Shown here: piece by piece, positions 32,329 through 43,061 of the stretch
Layout of the letters: each line of letters opens with the position of its first letter
How positions within the stretch are numbered: the first letter of the stretch is position 1
Source of the DNA: Patescibacteria group bacterium
GTDB lineage: Bacteria; Patescibacteriota; Patescibacteriia; UBA1558; GWA2-36-10
Assembly (NCBI GenBank): GCA_018819405.1
Contig: JAHJQF010000001.1
Coordinates: forward strand, 34,097-98,096
Direction: 5' to 3'
DNA length: 64,000 nt
Notes under the pieces: model-generated
The model's database searches: none
Told to the model about the DNA's origin: nothing
The model's input: only the letters and a program-made list of their open reading frames with translations
Program-made: the position numbers and the translations under genes

Positions 32329-32366
32329 AAAAGGGGTAGGTCATTCATGAATGAATTTCCTACCCC
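32329..32366 (-). terminator. Terminator of the GC-rich operon
   Basis: ggggtagg...cctacccc stem followed by a T-run on the minus strand. Confidence 0.6.
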
Positions 32367-32368
32367 GA

Positions 32369-32998
32369 TCAACGCAATCTTAATGGCCAATCCAATTGAC
32401 CGACCACAAAATCAGCTTTAGCTGAAAGAACATTTTGGTACTTAGTATTTGGTCTTTTTACCTCCACAACTAGCGCCTCAGGAAATCTCGTCTTTACCTC
32501 ATCGATATTTTTTGGATTATCATCCAAAAAAATAATCGGCGAGGTACCTATAATTTCCATATAGCGCCACTTAACTCCTGATGTAACCGTGAAGCTGTGG
32601 CAAAGATCACTAAGCTTGCTTCCGACAAATTTAGCAAGCTGGAAATTTAGATCACCATGAGTTAATATAACCACCTCACAACCTGATCTTATCGCAGAAC
32701 CAAGAAAAAGCTCAGAATCATCGAAAACGTACAAATGACCTTTTTCTCTAACATATTTCTGCATTTCTACTACAACTTTTCTAATTCTGTCTAGCTCAAT
32801 TCTTTGACTTCTTTGAACCATCAGAAAAAAGTTAAACAGCAGGTTGTCTGGGGGAACTAAAGCGAGAGATGGATCAAGTAAATCCCTACTAATTCCACAC
32901 GCTTCACACAATTCGTACAGATCCCGATAAAGCGCATCGGAATCAAATACAGTTCTATCAAAATCGACAATAAGCAGTTCCTGACTACTTGTATTCAT
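32369..32998 (-). CDS. HAD-superfamily phosphatase
   Basis: VDFDRTV (motif I), LTHG and FLDDNPKN; SD AAAGGAGG before the ATG at 32998. Confidence 0.85.
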   Translation of the reverse strand: MNTSSQELLIVDFDRTVFDSDALYRDLYELCEACGISRDLLDPSLALVPPDNLLFNFFLMVQRSQRIELDRIRKVVVEMQKYVREKGHLYVFDDSELFLGSAIRSGCEVVILTHGDLNFQLAKFVGSKLSDLCHSFTVTSGVKWRYMEIIGTSPIIFLDDNPKNIDEVKTRFPEALVVEVKRPNTKYQNVLSAKADFVVGQLDWPLRLR

Positions 32999-33080
32999 TA
33001 ACGAAATCCTCCTTTGTGGAACATCAAACAATTAAGAGGGATAAGGCTCAATCATGCATATAGCACAATTGAGCCTTGGG

Positions 33081-34127
33081 TTACAACTTGGATGTCTCAT
33101 GGATTCTCTCCACGAGTGTTGGAATGTATTTCTTCTTACACTCGCCACAAAGCGAGGTGCCGGAAACACATTCCTGATACATCCGCGTTGTTGCGTCGTA
33201 AGGTTGTAAAACCTCGGCGATCTTAAAGAAAGAACAATTATGTGGGTTACCACCTTTCCGACGCTGTTCTTCTGGAGTCGAACGACCACCGGAAAAACTT
33301 CGTCGCAGTTTACGCTCAATCTGCTCGCGAGTCTCGTCTAGAAGAATGAGTGATTTTGAGTTCTTCACGCTCATTCTCTGTCCAGGATCTTCCAAGCTTG
33401 GAAGAAGCAGGCGATACGAGTAACTCGGCAACGGAAGCTTAAGTTGACGAGCAATTATCTTCGTAGCTTCCGCGTGTGTGATCTGGTGGATGTCCGATAG
33501 GACAAGAGTCGGACGATTCGGAAAAAGTGTTGTCGGCAAAAGAAACGCTGCGGCTGTGATGGCAGGAACACGAAGCGTAGTAACAGAAACACCCTCGTCC
33601 CAACCATATAGTTGCAAAACCTTTCTTGCCGACAGACACGCTCCTGAACGATTGTCGAGAACTTGGAGTTCCCGACAATCTTGGTCAGAGAAACTCACTG
33701 AAGCATCTGGTAACGAATCACCTATAAACTTCAGATATGTCTCTCCAAACCTCGCCATCTCAATCTTTGCGTCATTGGCACTTAGAAGCCGATCCGCCTC
33801 GTACCCAGCAAACACGAAAATTGGTTGACCACCCTGTTGGACGAGCCAATACAATTCTCGCATTAGTGTGAGATGACCGAGGTGGAATGTCGCACCAGGA
33901 CGCATACCAACTAACACCGAGAACTGCTTTCCAATTACCATTGCTTTGAAGACAGGCAGTGGGTTTTGAAAAGCCCAAACACTGACACGAGCGAAGCCTT
34001 CCCAAATATCGGTAAAATTGTCGGTCAACGCCCCCGCTATTGTCTCGAGAGAGAATTGTTTAACTACGTTGGTTGCTTCAGCAGCAGCCAATATTGCTCT
34101 TTCTCCCAGCCAGTTTTCAAGCGCCAT
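33081..34127 (-). CDS. Divergent archaeal-type TrpRS paralog with altered substrate pocket and C-x21-C-x6-C-x2-C motif
   Basis: GMRPGATFHLGH (HIGH), RMSVK (KMSKS variant), SGGRSTPEEQRRKGGNP..C and ECVSGTSLCGECK; SD AAAGGAG. Confidence 0.82.
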   Translation of the reverse strand: MALENWLGERAILAAAEATNVVKQFSLETIAGALTDNFTDIWEGFARVSVWAFQNPLPVFKAMVIGKQFSVLVGMRPGATFHLGHLTLMRELYWLVQQGGQPIFVFAGYEADRLLSANDAKIEMARFGETYLKFIGDSLPDASVSFSDQDCRELQVLDNRSGACLSARKVLQLYGWDEGVSVTTLRVPAITAAAFLLPTTLFPNRPTLVLSDIHQITHAEATKIIARQLKLPLPSYSYRLLLPSLEDPGQRMSVKNSKSLILLDETREQIERKLRRSFSGGRSTPEEQRRKGGNPHNCSFFKIAEVLQPYDATTRMYQECVSGTSLCGECKKKYIPTLVERIHETSKL

Positions 34128-34146
34128 TAGTGTCTCCTTTACTTGA

Positions 34147-34962
34147 TTACGCGTGGAGAAAATGAATCATCTCCTCCAAGCGACTTTCCAGGTTGTTGTC
34201 TCTGACATACTGCTCGGCTTTCTGCATGTAGAATGCGGGAAAGTCCGGCATACCCCCATGAAGACTACTTCCCAGCGCCCAAAAACGAGCAACCGCCGCG
34301 AGAGTACTTTCATGCAACTGCTCTTCGGAAAGTGCATGATGGTATCGAAACATATCCCCGCTTTGTGTTACGATCCCCGCTTTCAGAAAAGACAAGGTTG
34401 TCGCCTCAGCCATCCTTACCCACAACTGCTGAAAGGATGGAGAGATGTAGTAACGCAGAAAATAACTGCGATACCACGGACATAGATGGAAGCGCGCGAG
34501 TACGGAGTCTGCCACCAAGTCTACACTTGTGGCAAAAATTCTTTCTCGCTTTACAGCCATCGCTGCCGCAAACGGCCCGATGAACGCCCCACCGACTTCC
34601 ATAACCACATCCCTATCTTTTTGCGAAGCCATGAACATAACATGAGGGTTATATACTTTGCCGGCGAAGTATCCTCCGAAAGTTTTCTGTCTACCATCAC
34701 TCACAAAATCATTTCTATTAAGTAAGTAGATGGTGACCGGATAACCCTCGAAGGACGATTGAATCCTTTGAATAGTGGTTGGTTGCGTGTGGATAAAGAG
34801 AAGATCAAGGTCACTCTCGGGATTTTGTTGGTTCAGCACGAAGCTGCCGTAGCACACCCAAAAGCTCCCGTCACCTTCTTGTGCTCCGATTTCGCTCGCA
34901 AGACATGCAACCGCTCGCGCAACAAAGTCGAAGTTTTCTTGCTTCATGAATGTTCTGTACAC
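34147..34962 (-). CDS. Pol-beta superfamily nucleotidyltransferase domain protein
   Basis: YGSFVLNQQNPESDLDLLF (GS-x10-DxD); SD AAAGGAG before the GTG at 34962. Confidence 0.75.
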   Translation of the reverse strand: MYRTFMKQENFDFVARAVACLASEIGAQEGDGSFWVCYGSFVLNQQNPESDLDLLFIHTQPTTIQRIQSSFEGYPVTIYLLNRNDFVSDGRQKTFGGYFAGKVYNPHVMFMASQKDRDVVMEVGGAFIGPFAAAMAVKRERIFATSVDLVADSVLARFHLCPWYRSYFLRYYISPSFQQLWVRMAEATTLSFLKAGIVTQSGDMFRYHHALSEEQLHESTLAAVARFWALGSSLHGGMPDFPAFYMQKAEQYVRDNNLESRLEEMIHFLHA

Positions 34963-34966
34963 GTGC

Positions 34967-36055
34967 CTACTCCTTTCGTTGCGAAAATTGGAACGCGCTA
35001 TTGCTTTTGTTCCAACCAAGTTCATTGGCTGTGATGACTGCCTGTGCGAGCAAGGAAACCGCGAAGGCTTCACGGCCCCAAAGTCCAAGAAATCGCAACT
35101 CTCCAAAATAGAGAGCAGACAGAAACCTATTAATGTCATTCACGGTTTCCTCATCGGGGAATCCTCCGAACATCATTGAGGCTACTGATAACGCGACATC
35201 TTGGTAAGGCTGTAGATGACTAGGAATGAACGCATCATATTCTATAACGAGCCGGTTTCGATCCACGCGCACAACTGATTCGGAAGCCAGCACAACACAA
35301 CGTGTTGACCACCATCCGTAGAGATGCGCAAGCATCATTCGCCAGTCATGATGCGAACCAGACCATTCCCAGTCAACGCAGTACCACATATCATCCTCGC
35401 CCATCACAATGTTGCTGGGCTGAGGATCTCCGTGACACACCACGCCATTTGTCGGCTTTCTGACACGAGCAACCTCCTCGAACGATTCCGAGATAGAATG
35501 GTGCTCGTTACCATTTACGACAACTGGGATGTTCCAACAGTCGGCTATTTTTACTCCTCCAACCACCGCAGAAACAACACCATACTTGATTCTCTGCAAG
35601 CGAGCAGGGAAGAATCGTGGACAGAGTGATTCTTGAAACTGGTGTTGCGAAGTTTTCCACATGCATGCAAGCGATTCCACGACATCTTTCCAGACGGCGA
35701 GCAAACGGCTATGCGGCATGTCAGAATTAACAATGAGATGATGCAAGGTATTTATACCCCTGCATTCGGAGATCATGACCTCAAAACCGTCTACCACTTG
35801 GCACCACAAAACTCGCGGAAGGTGATTCCGCAGATATGGTACCAGCAATTCTCTTCTACCGATCTCGTCTACAAGCGAAACACGTGATCCAGTCACGCAC
35901 TTCACCGCGTAGAGAGAATTGGTGCGAGAATGTCTGAAAATAGACACTCTCGCACCGGAGCTGCCGGGAAAAGAGATGATGACGAGTTCGGGGTCGTCTT
36001 GTTCTCCAAGCATCATTCTCATCGCTTTCGTCGCGACGCGAACGATCTCAGACAT
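34967..36055 (-). CDS. Aminoglycoside phosphotransferase/choline kinase-like kinase
   Basis: PGSSGA loop, YAVK, CHGDPQPSNI and VDWEW; SD AAGGAGG before the ATG at 36055. Confidence 0.85.
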   Translation of the reverse strand: MSEIVRVATKAMRMMLGEQDDPELVIISFPGSSGARVSIFRHSRTNSLYAVKCVTGSRVSLVDEIGRRELLVPYLRNHLPRVLWCQVVDGFEVMISECRGINTLHHLIVNSDMPHSRLLAVWKDVVESLACMWKTSQHQFQESLCPRFFPARLQRIKYGVVSAVVGGVKIADCWNIPVVVNGNEHHSISESFEEVARVRKPTNGVVCHGDPQPSNIVMGEDDMWYCVDWEWSGSHHDWRMMLAHLYGWWSTRCVVLASESVVRVDRNRLVIEYDAFIPSHLQPYQDVALSVASMMFGGFPDEETVNDINRFLSALYFGELRFLGLWGREAFAVSLLAQAVITANELGWNKSNSAFQFSQRKE

Positions 36056-36066
36056 GACAACCTCCT

Positions 36067-37101
<1,035 letters not shown>

Positions 37102-37158
37102 TTAGAGCTATTTTGCTTGACTTGAATTGTCAAGGTTCTGAAACACGAACCAGAATTT

Positions 37159-37209
37159 AATGTCACTGGTATGACATTTTATTTTACGATAAAACATACA
37201 TTTTGTCAA
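37159..37209 (-). promoter_or_regulatory. Operon promoter with a downstream operator-like palindrome
   Basis: TTGACA(37204-37209)-N17-TAAAAT(37181-37186), then AATGTCA-N6-TGACATT (37159-37178). Confidence 0.7.
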
Positions 37210-37320
37210 GCATATATATTCATATATTATTACAATATCCGACTAAGGTCAAACAAAAAAACACTATCAAAATAAATAGTATTTTTATAGGTAATCGGGT
37301 CATCCGATACTAAATTGTCG

Positions 37321-37411
37321 TGGCGGAGAGGACAGGATTCGAACCTGCGAGGGATTTTACTCCCTACTCGCTTTCCAAGCGAGCGCACTAGACCAACTAT
37401 GCGACCTCTCC
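37321..37411 (-). tRNA. tRNA-Ser(GGA)
   Basis: GGAGAGGTCGCATAGTTGGTCTAGTGCGCTCGCTTGGAAAGCGAGTAGGGAGTAAAATCCCTCGCAGGTTCGAATCCTGTCCTCTCCGCCA. Confidence 0.97.
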
Positions 37412-37422
37412 ATGTTTTAATA

Positions 37423-37662
37423 CGCTTTTCAAGTTTAGCCCGTAAATAAGCGCAGCGAATTTTACGGGCCGTGTGCACTACCCGCCTGCCACGGCTTCGC
37501 CGAAGGCGATGGCGGGCAGGGACCACCCACCGCCACAAATATCTAATTTAAATGAAGGCGGGGTCCCGCTACGCGGGATATGCGAACCTTCCTAGTGACC
37601 AACTATGTTTAGCCCGTAGCCAGACAAGCTATGCTTGGATGTGCTATGGGCCGACCTCTCCA
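37423..37662 (-). pseudogene. Two degenerate tRNA-Ser 5' fragments interrupted by four palindromic insertions
   Basis: Removing inserts 37434-37469, 37481-37520, 37526-37578 and 37608-37651 restores tRNA-Ser 5' sequence. Confidence 0.8.
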
Positions 37663-37676
37663 AAATATGCCTAAAC

Positions 37677-37705
37677 AGTATAGATTTTATCATAATTTTA
37701 GTCAA
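37677..37705 (-). promoter_or_regulatory. tRNA-Ser promoter
   Basis: TTGACT-N17-TATACT. Confidence 0.7.
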
Positions 37706-37741
37706 TACAAAAACCCCCGCCAAAAAGCGAGGGTCTGTAAA

Positions 37742-40150
37742 TTATTTTTTAGACTTTTTACGACTTCTAGTTTTTTCAGTTTTCTTGATAGCAATAATGG
37801 TTTTGATTACCGTGTCTGGATTGAGTGAAATAGAATCAATACCCTCGCCTACCAAAAATTGAGCAAAGTCCGGAAAATCAGAGGGAGCCTGACCGCAGAT
37901 ACCGATTTTTCTTTTGTTCTTTTTGGCAATAGCTATCACTTGTCTTATCAACTGTTTGACTGATTCATTTCTTTCATCATAGACATGAGCGACCAATTCG
38001 CTGTCACGATCTACGCCTAGAGTAAGCTGAGTAAGGTCGTTTGACCCGATTGAAAATCCGTCAAAAATTTGGCAGAACTCTTCGGCTAGTATTACATTGG
38101 ACGGAATTTCACACATCACATACACCTCCAAGCCGTCTACACCACGCTTGAGACCATGCTCAGCCATAATACGCAATACTTTTTTGCCCTCTTCTACTGT
38201 CCGACAAAATGGTACCATGATTTTCAAATTCTTTAGACCCATTTCTTTGCGTACTTTGACCAATGCTTTGCACTCCAGCTCAAAAGCAGCTAGATATTTT
38301 GGACTATAATATCTACTAGCCCCACGCCAGCCAATCATTGGATTTCTTTCTTCCGGCTCAAACTCAGTACCACCAATCAAACTAGCATATTCATTTGATT
38401 TAAAATCAGACAATCTAATAATTACATCTTTAGGATAAAAAGCGGCCGCAATTCTGGAAATTCCTTCGGCTAATTTGTCTATGAAAAATTGTGGTTTATT
38501 TTTGTAAGCTGCGGTCTGCTCTTCAATAACTCTCTTGGTCTTAGGGTCTTTGATTTTGGCAAAGTTGAGCAAAGCCAAAGGATGAATACGAATGTAATTG
38601 GAAATAATAAATTCTTCACGAGCCAAACCAACACCTTCATTGGGAATAAAACTTTGTGCCATGGCCATTTCTGGATTACCAATATTCATCATTATCTTGG
38701 TTTTGGATTTTTTGAAATTTTTCAAATTTGTTTTTTTGATTTCGTATTTTAGTAAACCGTTGTAAATGAATCCTTTTTCACCTTCAGCACAGGAGACCGT
38801 GACATTTTGTCCATTTTTCAATTTTTCTGTCCCGTCTTTGGTGCCGACTACGCAAGGAATACCCAACTCACGAGAAATAATAGCCGCGTGACATGTCCTG
38901 CCACCCGAATTGGTAATGATAGCGCTGGCTATTTTCATAATTGGCTCCCAATCTGGATCAGTCATCTCGGTGACTAGCACCTCACCTGGCTTGAACTTGT
39001 CAATATTTTTGGCGTCTTTGATAATATGGACCTTGCCCTGACCAATTTTGTTGCCCACCGATGCACCAATAGACAAAACCTTGCTGCGTTCTTTGATAAT
39101 ATATTCAATCAAAGTATTGGGGTCATCCTGACTGCGGACTGTCTCCGGTCTGGCTTGTACAATATAGAGTTTGCCAGTCTTACCATCTTTGGCCCATTCC
39201 ATATCCATTGGTTTTTTGTAGTGCTCTTCAATTTGGACTGCCCATTTAGCCAGTTGCAATACCTCGCTGTCTTTGAGCACAAAAGTATTTTGCTCCTTTT
39301 TTGAGACAGGCATATTTTTGGTGTTGCTTTTGGCCTGGCTATCATAAATCAATTTTTTATCCTTGTGACCCAAAGTCTTGGAAATAATAGGTTTGAATCC
39401 CTTAAGTAGTGTTGGCTTGAATACATAGTATTCATCAGGGTTGACCATGCCTTGGACAATATATTCCCCTAATCCGTATATAGAATTGATAAGCACAGCA
39501 TCTCTAAAACCAGATTCAGTATCAATAGAAAACATAACGCCAGATGAAGCCATATCAGAACGTACCATTTTTTGGATAGTGATCGAAAGCTTTACCTTAA
39601 AATGACTAAAGCCTTTGTCAGTACGATATGATACTGCCCTATCAGTAAACAAGCTGGCCATACATCTTTTGCAAGCATCCAAAATCTCTTCAGCTCCTTC
39701 TACATTGAGATAAGTGTCCTGTTGACCGGCAAAAGAAGCGTCCGGCAAATCCTCAGCTGTGGCTGAAGAACGTACCGCCACATCAACATTGGTAGTTTTG
39801 AATTCTTTGGAAAGCTTGTGGTAATTATTTACAATATCCTCTTTCAAATCCTCAGGAAATTCCGCCTTGAGTATTGCCTGCCTGACTTTATGGGCATGCT
39901 CCTGTAAATTTTTGATATTGTGAGTATTGAGAGTCTTGAGAATTTGTCTAATCTCTTTTTTTACACCGGTTGTAGTAATAAAATAATCATAGGCTTCAGC
40001 GGTCACTGCAAAACCATTTGGTATTGGCACGCCTTTTCTGGTCAGTTTGGAATACATTTCACCTAGTGATGCATTTTTGCCGCCCACGCTTGGCACGTCT
40101 TTGATACCAATTTCTTTAAACCACAAAATGTATTTATTTTTCTTTGCCAT
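37742..40150 (-). CDS. ppsA: Phosphoenolpyruvate synthase
   Basis: VGGKNASLGEM, AVRSSATAEDLPDASFAGQQ, GGRTCHAAI and FSIGSNDLTQ. Confidence 0.97.
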   Translation of the reverse strand: MAKKNKYILWFKEIGIKDVPSVGGKNASLGEMYSKLTRKGVPIPNGFAVTAEAYDYFITTTGVKKEIRQILKTLNTHNIKNLQEHAHKVRQAILKAEFPEDLKEDIVNNYHKLSKEFKTTNVDVAVRSSATAEDLPDASFAGQQDTYLNVEGAEEILDACKRCMASLFTDRAVSYRTDKGFSHFKVKLSITIQKMVRSDMASSGVMFSIDTESGFRDAVLINSIYGLGEYIVQGMVNPDEYYVFKPTLLKGFKPIISKTLGHKDKKLIYDSQAKSNTKNMPVSKKEQNTFVLKDSEVLQLAKWAVQIEEHYKKPMDMEWAKDGKTGKLYIVQARPETVRSQDDPNTLIEYIIKERSKVLSIGASVGNKIGQGKVHIIKDAKNIDKFKPGEVLVTEMTDPDWEPIMKIASAIITNSGGRTCHAAIISRELGIPCVVGTKDGTEKLKNGQNVTVSCAEGEKGFIYNGLLKYEIKKTNLKNFKKSKTKIMMNIGNPEMAMAQSFIPNEGVGLAREEFIISNYIRIHPLALLNFAKIKDPKTKRVIEEQTAAYKNKPQFFIDKLAEGISRIAAAFYPKDVIIRLSDFKSNEYASLIGGTEFEPEERNPMIGWRGASRYYSPKYLAAFELECKALVKVRKEMGLKNLKIMVPFCRTVEEGKKVLRIMAEHGLKRGVDGLEVYVMCEIPSNVILAEEFCQIFDGFSIGSNDLTQLTLGVDRDSELVAHVYDERNESVKQLIRQVIAIAKKNKRKIGICGQAPSDFPDFAQFLVGEGIDSISLNPDTVIKTIIAIKKTEKTRSRKKSKK

Positions 40151-40227
40151 AATATTTTCTTTTAGAAAAATTAAGTCAAGCAGAAACGCTAGACTTAATT
40201 TACTTATTTTTTAACTAAGTTCAAAAA

Positions 40228-40536
40228 CTACAAATTAATCTTTTTTGCATATTTGCCCAATACTGGCAGCTCCCAATATCTACCATCTAAACAGGCTTTG
40301 ATACCCAAAACTGCTAAAATGACAGATATGATCATAACAAAAGGCATTAAAAAAGCGATTATCATACCGACTATTTCAAAAGCAAAAAGCATCACTCCTT
40401 GTTTGGCATGAAATTGGGCAAACTTTGATTTTTTGGCCAAAAACAAGGGTACAAAGCAAAGTATGCCTATATAGCCAATGGCAGCGGTAATTTGATTTTT
40501 TTCAACATCGTTTTTTTCTGGTGTTGGTGTTGACAT
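40228..40536 (-). CDS. DUF4870-like membrane protein
   Basis: AAIGYIGILCFVP...FHAKQG...ELPVLG. Confidence 0.8.
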   Translation of the reverse strand: MSTPTPEKNDVEKNQITAAIGYIGILCFVPLFLAKKSKFAQFHAKQGVMLFAFEIVGMIIAFLMPFVMIISVILAVLGIKACLDGRYWELPVLGKYAKKINL

Positions 40537-40548
40537 AGTTATTTTATT

Positions 40549-41085
40549 TTAATTTTTAATAGATTTATTTTTTGTGACTTTGATAAACAAAGCTCCTAAT
40601 AGAGCAATCAAAATTATCATCCAAAGTGGCTCGACCAAAAGATTGAGCCAGGCCCAAGCTGATTTGATATATACTATCTTGATAACTCCCAAAATGATAA
40701 TGGCGGCTAAAAAAGAAAAGATGGTGGTTATAAACATCTTATCAGTTGACAAAAGCCATCTAAGGCGGGCTAAAGACAACCAAACAAGTAAGATCACCAA
40801 ACGCCAAGCCCAGGTCATCCAAAATATGAATTGTTCAGACCAATACATCTTGAGACCAATATCGCGCAAAGCAATCTCAGTCACAACAATAAAAACCAAA
40901 AGTACAATAGAGACCAGTATCCAAGAAAATCCAGCCTCTGACTTTGGCTTGAGTTTGATGACTTCCCGACGCAACTCCTCTTCTAGCTCATGTGTGCCAA
41001 AATCAGCCAACCACACCTCAGTGGTTTCATCGGTCTCTACCCCAGTATCTGGATCAATACTATGTTGTGACCTCTTAAATATCAT
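40549..41085 (-). CDS. Hypothetical membrane protein
   Basis: Four TM segments; -10 box 8 nt upstream of the ATG. Confidence 0.7.
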   Translation of the reverse strand: MIFKRSQHSIDPDTGVETDETTEVWLADFGTHELEEELRREVIKLKPKSEAGFSWILVSIVLLVFIVVTEIALRDIGLKMYWSEQFIFWMTWAWRLVILLVWLSLARLRWLLSTDKMFITTIFSFLAAIIILGVIKIVYIKSAWAWLNLLVEPLWMIILIALLGALFIKVTKNKSIKN

Positions 41086-41135
41086 ATGTCTATATTATAA
41101 CAAAAAATGAGCTAAATTAAAAACCCACCCATAAA

Positions 41136-41174
41136 AAACAACCTCCGAGGTTAATTTAACCTCGGAGGTTGTTT
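41136..41174. repeat. Nested palindrome (REP-like), probable terminator
   Basis: aaacaacctccgaggttaa-t-ttaacctcggaggttgttt; related to 58669-58711. Confidence 0.8.
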
Positions 41175-41187
41175 GGGCTAAAAAATA

Positions 41188-42969
41188 TTATTCAGTATCA
41201 ATTTGATTTAAATCATTATTGGTAATACCCAGACTCAAGAACCTCATAATCTGATAAGCTGCCTCACCATCTCTCATATAATACCTTTTACCGTCATCAG
41301 GATTTATATACCAAGCTTCACCACGAGACTGCACTTGTAACACTATCTGGCCTTTCAGCCTATTTACCAAACCGCTATCATTGGACATGTTGCCCAAACC
41401 AAGCGGGTTATAATTACCATTCACCTCAACTCCGTCTTTATATCCATCATTATCAGAGTCATCATTATTTGGATCTGTACCCAGCCCTTCTTCCAATTTA
41501 TTACACAGGCCATCATTATCATTATCTACACACTCAAATCTGTCTTCTATACCCACTGGGATTTTAGCTAAATCTACATTGCTGATTCCCAAACCAAGAT
41601 TTCTCATCATACCGTAGGCAGCGCTTCCGTCTTTCATATACATTCGTTTGCCATTGTCCGGTCTTACATACCAAGCTTCGCCATGATTTTCTACCTGCAG
41701 TAAAATTTTTCCTTTTAATCTGTTGCTCAATTCCAAATCTATTTCCGGTAAAGGAACTAATTCTTCAACTGGTGTATCGAGCTCTTCTATTGGCGTAAGA
41801 GGTGGACTAGGGTTGAATTCTTGAAGTAATGTTATTTTTATTATTGCTCTGGATAAAGCGGGATTATCCTCATTTATATCCAAATTCAAAACTTGTACTC
41901 TGGTCTGATCCTCTGGATCATAAAAACCAGTGCTCCCAGTATGAAGATCTGGCGTGTCTTCTTTGAGTACAGCTGAATTCCAGCTAAAATCTTCTCCTAC
42001 TGGACTAGCATCTATCAAAATAGAGTCTGTATATTGTCCTGGATTATTGGTGTGAATGAGTATGCCATTTAAATCAGGCGCGGCGCCTAAATTAGCATCA
42101 AACCCAATAGGCTGACGAAATTCTAAATACCAAAATTTACCATTGTTTCTTTTGATTTTGATGGCCTTAAGCCCAGGATCGCTAGATTCAAAAGGTGTTA
42201 ATTCATAAGTGCCATTAGAGACTATGCTATTAGAATCAACTTCTAATAATTGATGTTGGCTATCAAAAAAACCAATAGTATCTTTTTGTACGGCACTAAA
42301 TTGCCCTGGCCTTGATAGAGGGACACTCATTATGTTGCTCAAATCTTGGACTGTATAAATTTCACATCCGCTAGCACTATAAGGTATGTCATTACATTTA
42401 TACATACCCGCATGTTGAGAGCCAAAGCCGTGCCCTAATTCATGGCCAATACCATAAGGCCAAGGAATAGTATTGTCTGCTACCCAGCCTAAGGTCATAG
42501 TATGATTGCCGTCTGGAGTGGCAAAGGTTCTGGTACCAATATAGCTAGCGCCACGCCCACAATCGCCGTTTGGCATCACAATCATCAAATGATCATAAGC
42601 TAAAAAATCAACAGCACTATTTCCTTCTTCAGTTTCAAGAGCCTGAGTTGCGGCCAAAGAAATAGCTGTCAGATCACAATTATAATTCATCGCCAATTCA
42701 TACCATTTATTTTGATAGTTGGCTGAAGGAAAAACATCACCTGACAAATGAATTTGCCCGTAGGAATTCTCATTATAAAAATTAGCTATGCTATTATTAG
42801 CATTAAAAGTAATATTAACCACATCATCTCGATTGTTTTTCAAACCATCAGTATCTTGAAAGTTTACCAATATGAGTAATATTTTGTGTTCTGTAGTAGT
42901 AGCATTAACCGAAAAATTACCAACAAGAAACAACAAAAACAAAAACAGGAAAAGAATAATTTTTTTCAT
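41188..42969 (-). CDS. Secreted zinc metalloprotease (M6/M11-like) with shared C-terminal repeat module
   Basis: Signal peptide, LLILVNFQD and HELGHGFGSQH; two GKILLQVE..GEAWY..P repeats flanking Asp-rich Ca-binding-like repeats. Confidence 0.82.
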   Translation of the reverse strand: MKKIILFLFLFLLFLVGNFSVNATTTEHKILLILVNFQDTDGLKNNRDDVVNITFNANNSIANFYNENSYGQIHLSGDVFPSANYQNKWYELAMNYNCDLTAISLAATQALETEEGNSAVDFLAYDHLMIVMPNGDCGRGASYIGTRTFATPDGNHTMTLGWVADNTIPWPYGIGHELGHGFGSQHAGMYKCNDIPYSASGCEIYTVQDLSNIMSVPLSRPGQFSAVQKDTIGFFDSQHQLLEVDSNSIVSNGTYELTPFESSDPGLKAIKIKRNNGKFWYLEFRQPIGFDANLGAAPDLNGILIHTNNPGQYTDSILIDASPVGEDFSWNSAVLKEDTPDLHTGSTGFYDPEDQTRVQVLNLDINEDNPALSRAIIKITLLQEFNPSPPLTPIEELDTPVEELVPLPEIDLELSNRLKGKILLQVENHGEAWYVRPDNGKRMYMKDGSAAYGMMRNLGLGISNVDLAKIPVGIEDRFECVDNDNDGLCNKLEEGLGTDPNNDDSDNDGYKDGVEVNGNYNPLGLGNMSNDSGLVNRLKGQIVLQVQSRGEAWYINPDDGKRYYMRDGEAAYQIMRFLSLGITNNDLNQIDTE

Positions 42970-43061
42970 AATTTTATTTCTAATATATCTATACTATAAC
43001 AAAAAATCAGATAAAATAAAAACCCTCTCTGAATATTTTTCAAAAAGGGAATTATTTTTGT

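Noticed and set aside
34963-35139. 59-aa N-terminal extension of the nucleotidyltransferase ORF
   Set aside because: It overlaps the kinase gene; the SD supports a GTG start at 34962.
37230-37538. 102-aa ORF on the minus strand
   Set aside because: It overlaps tRNA-Ser and the palindromic inserts; not a plausible protein.
37423-37662. Possible CRISPR array or group I/II tRNA intron
   Set aside because: No regularly spaced identical repeats; the inserts are too short for self-splicing introns, and an intact tRNA-Ser is adjacent.
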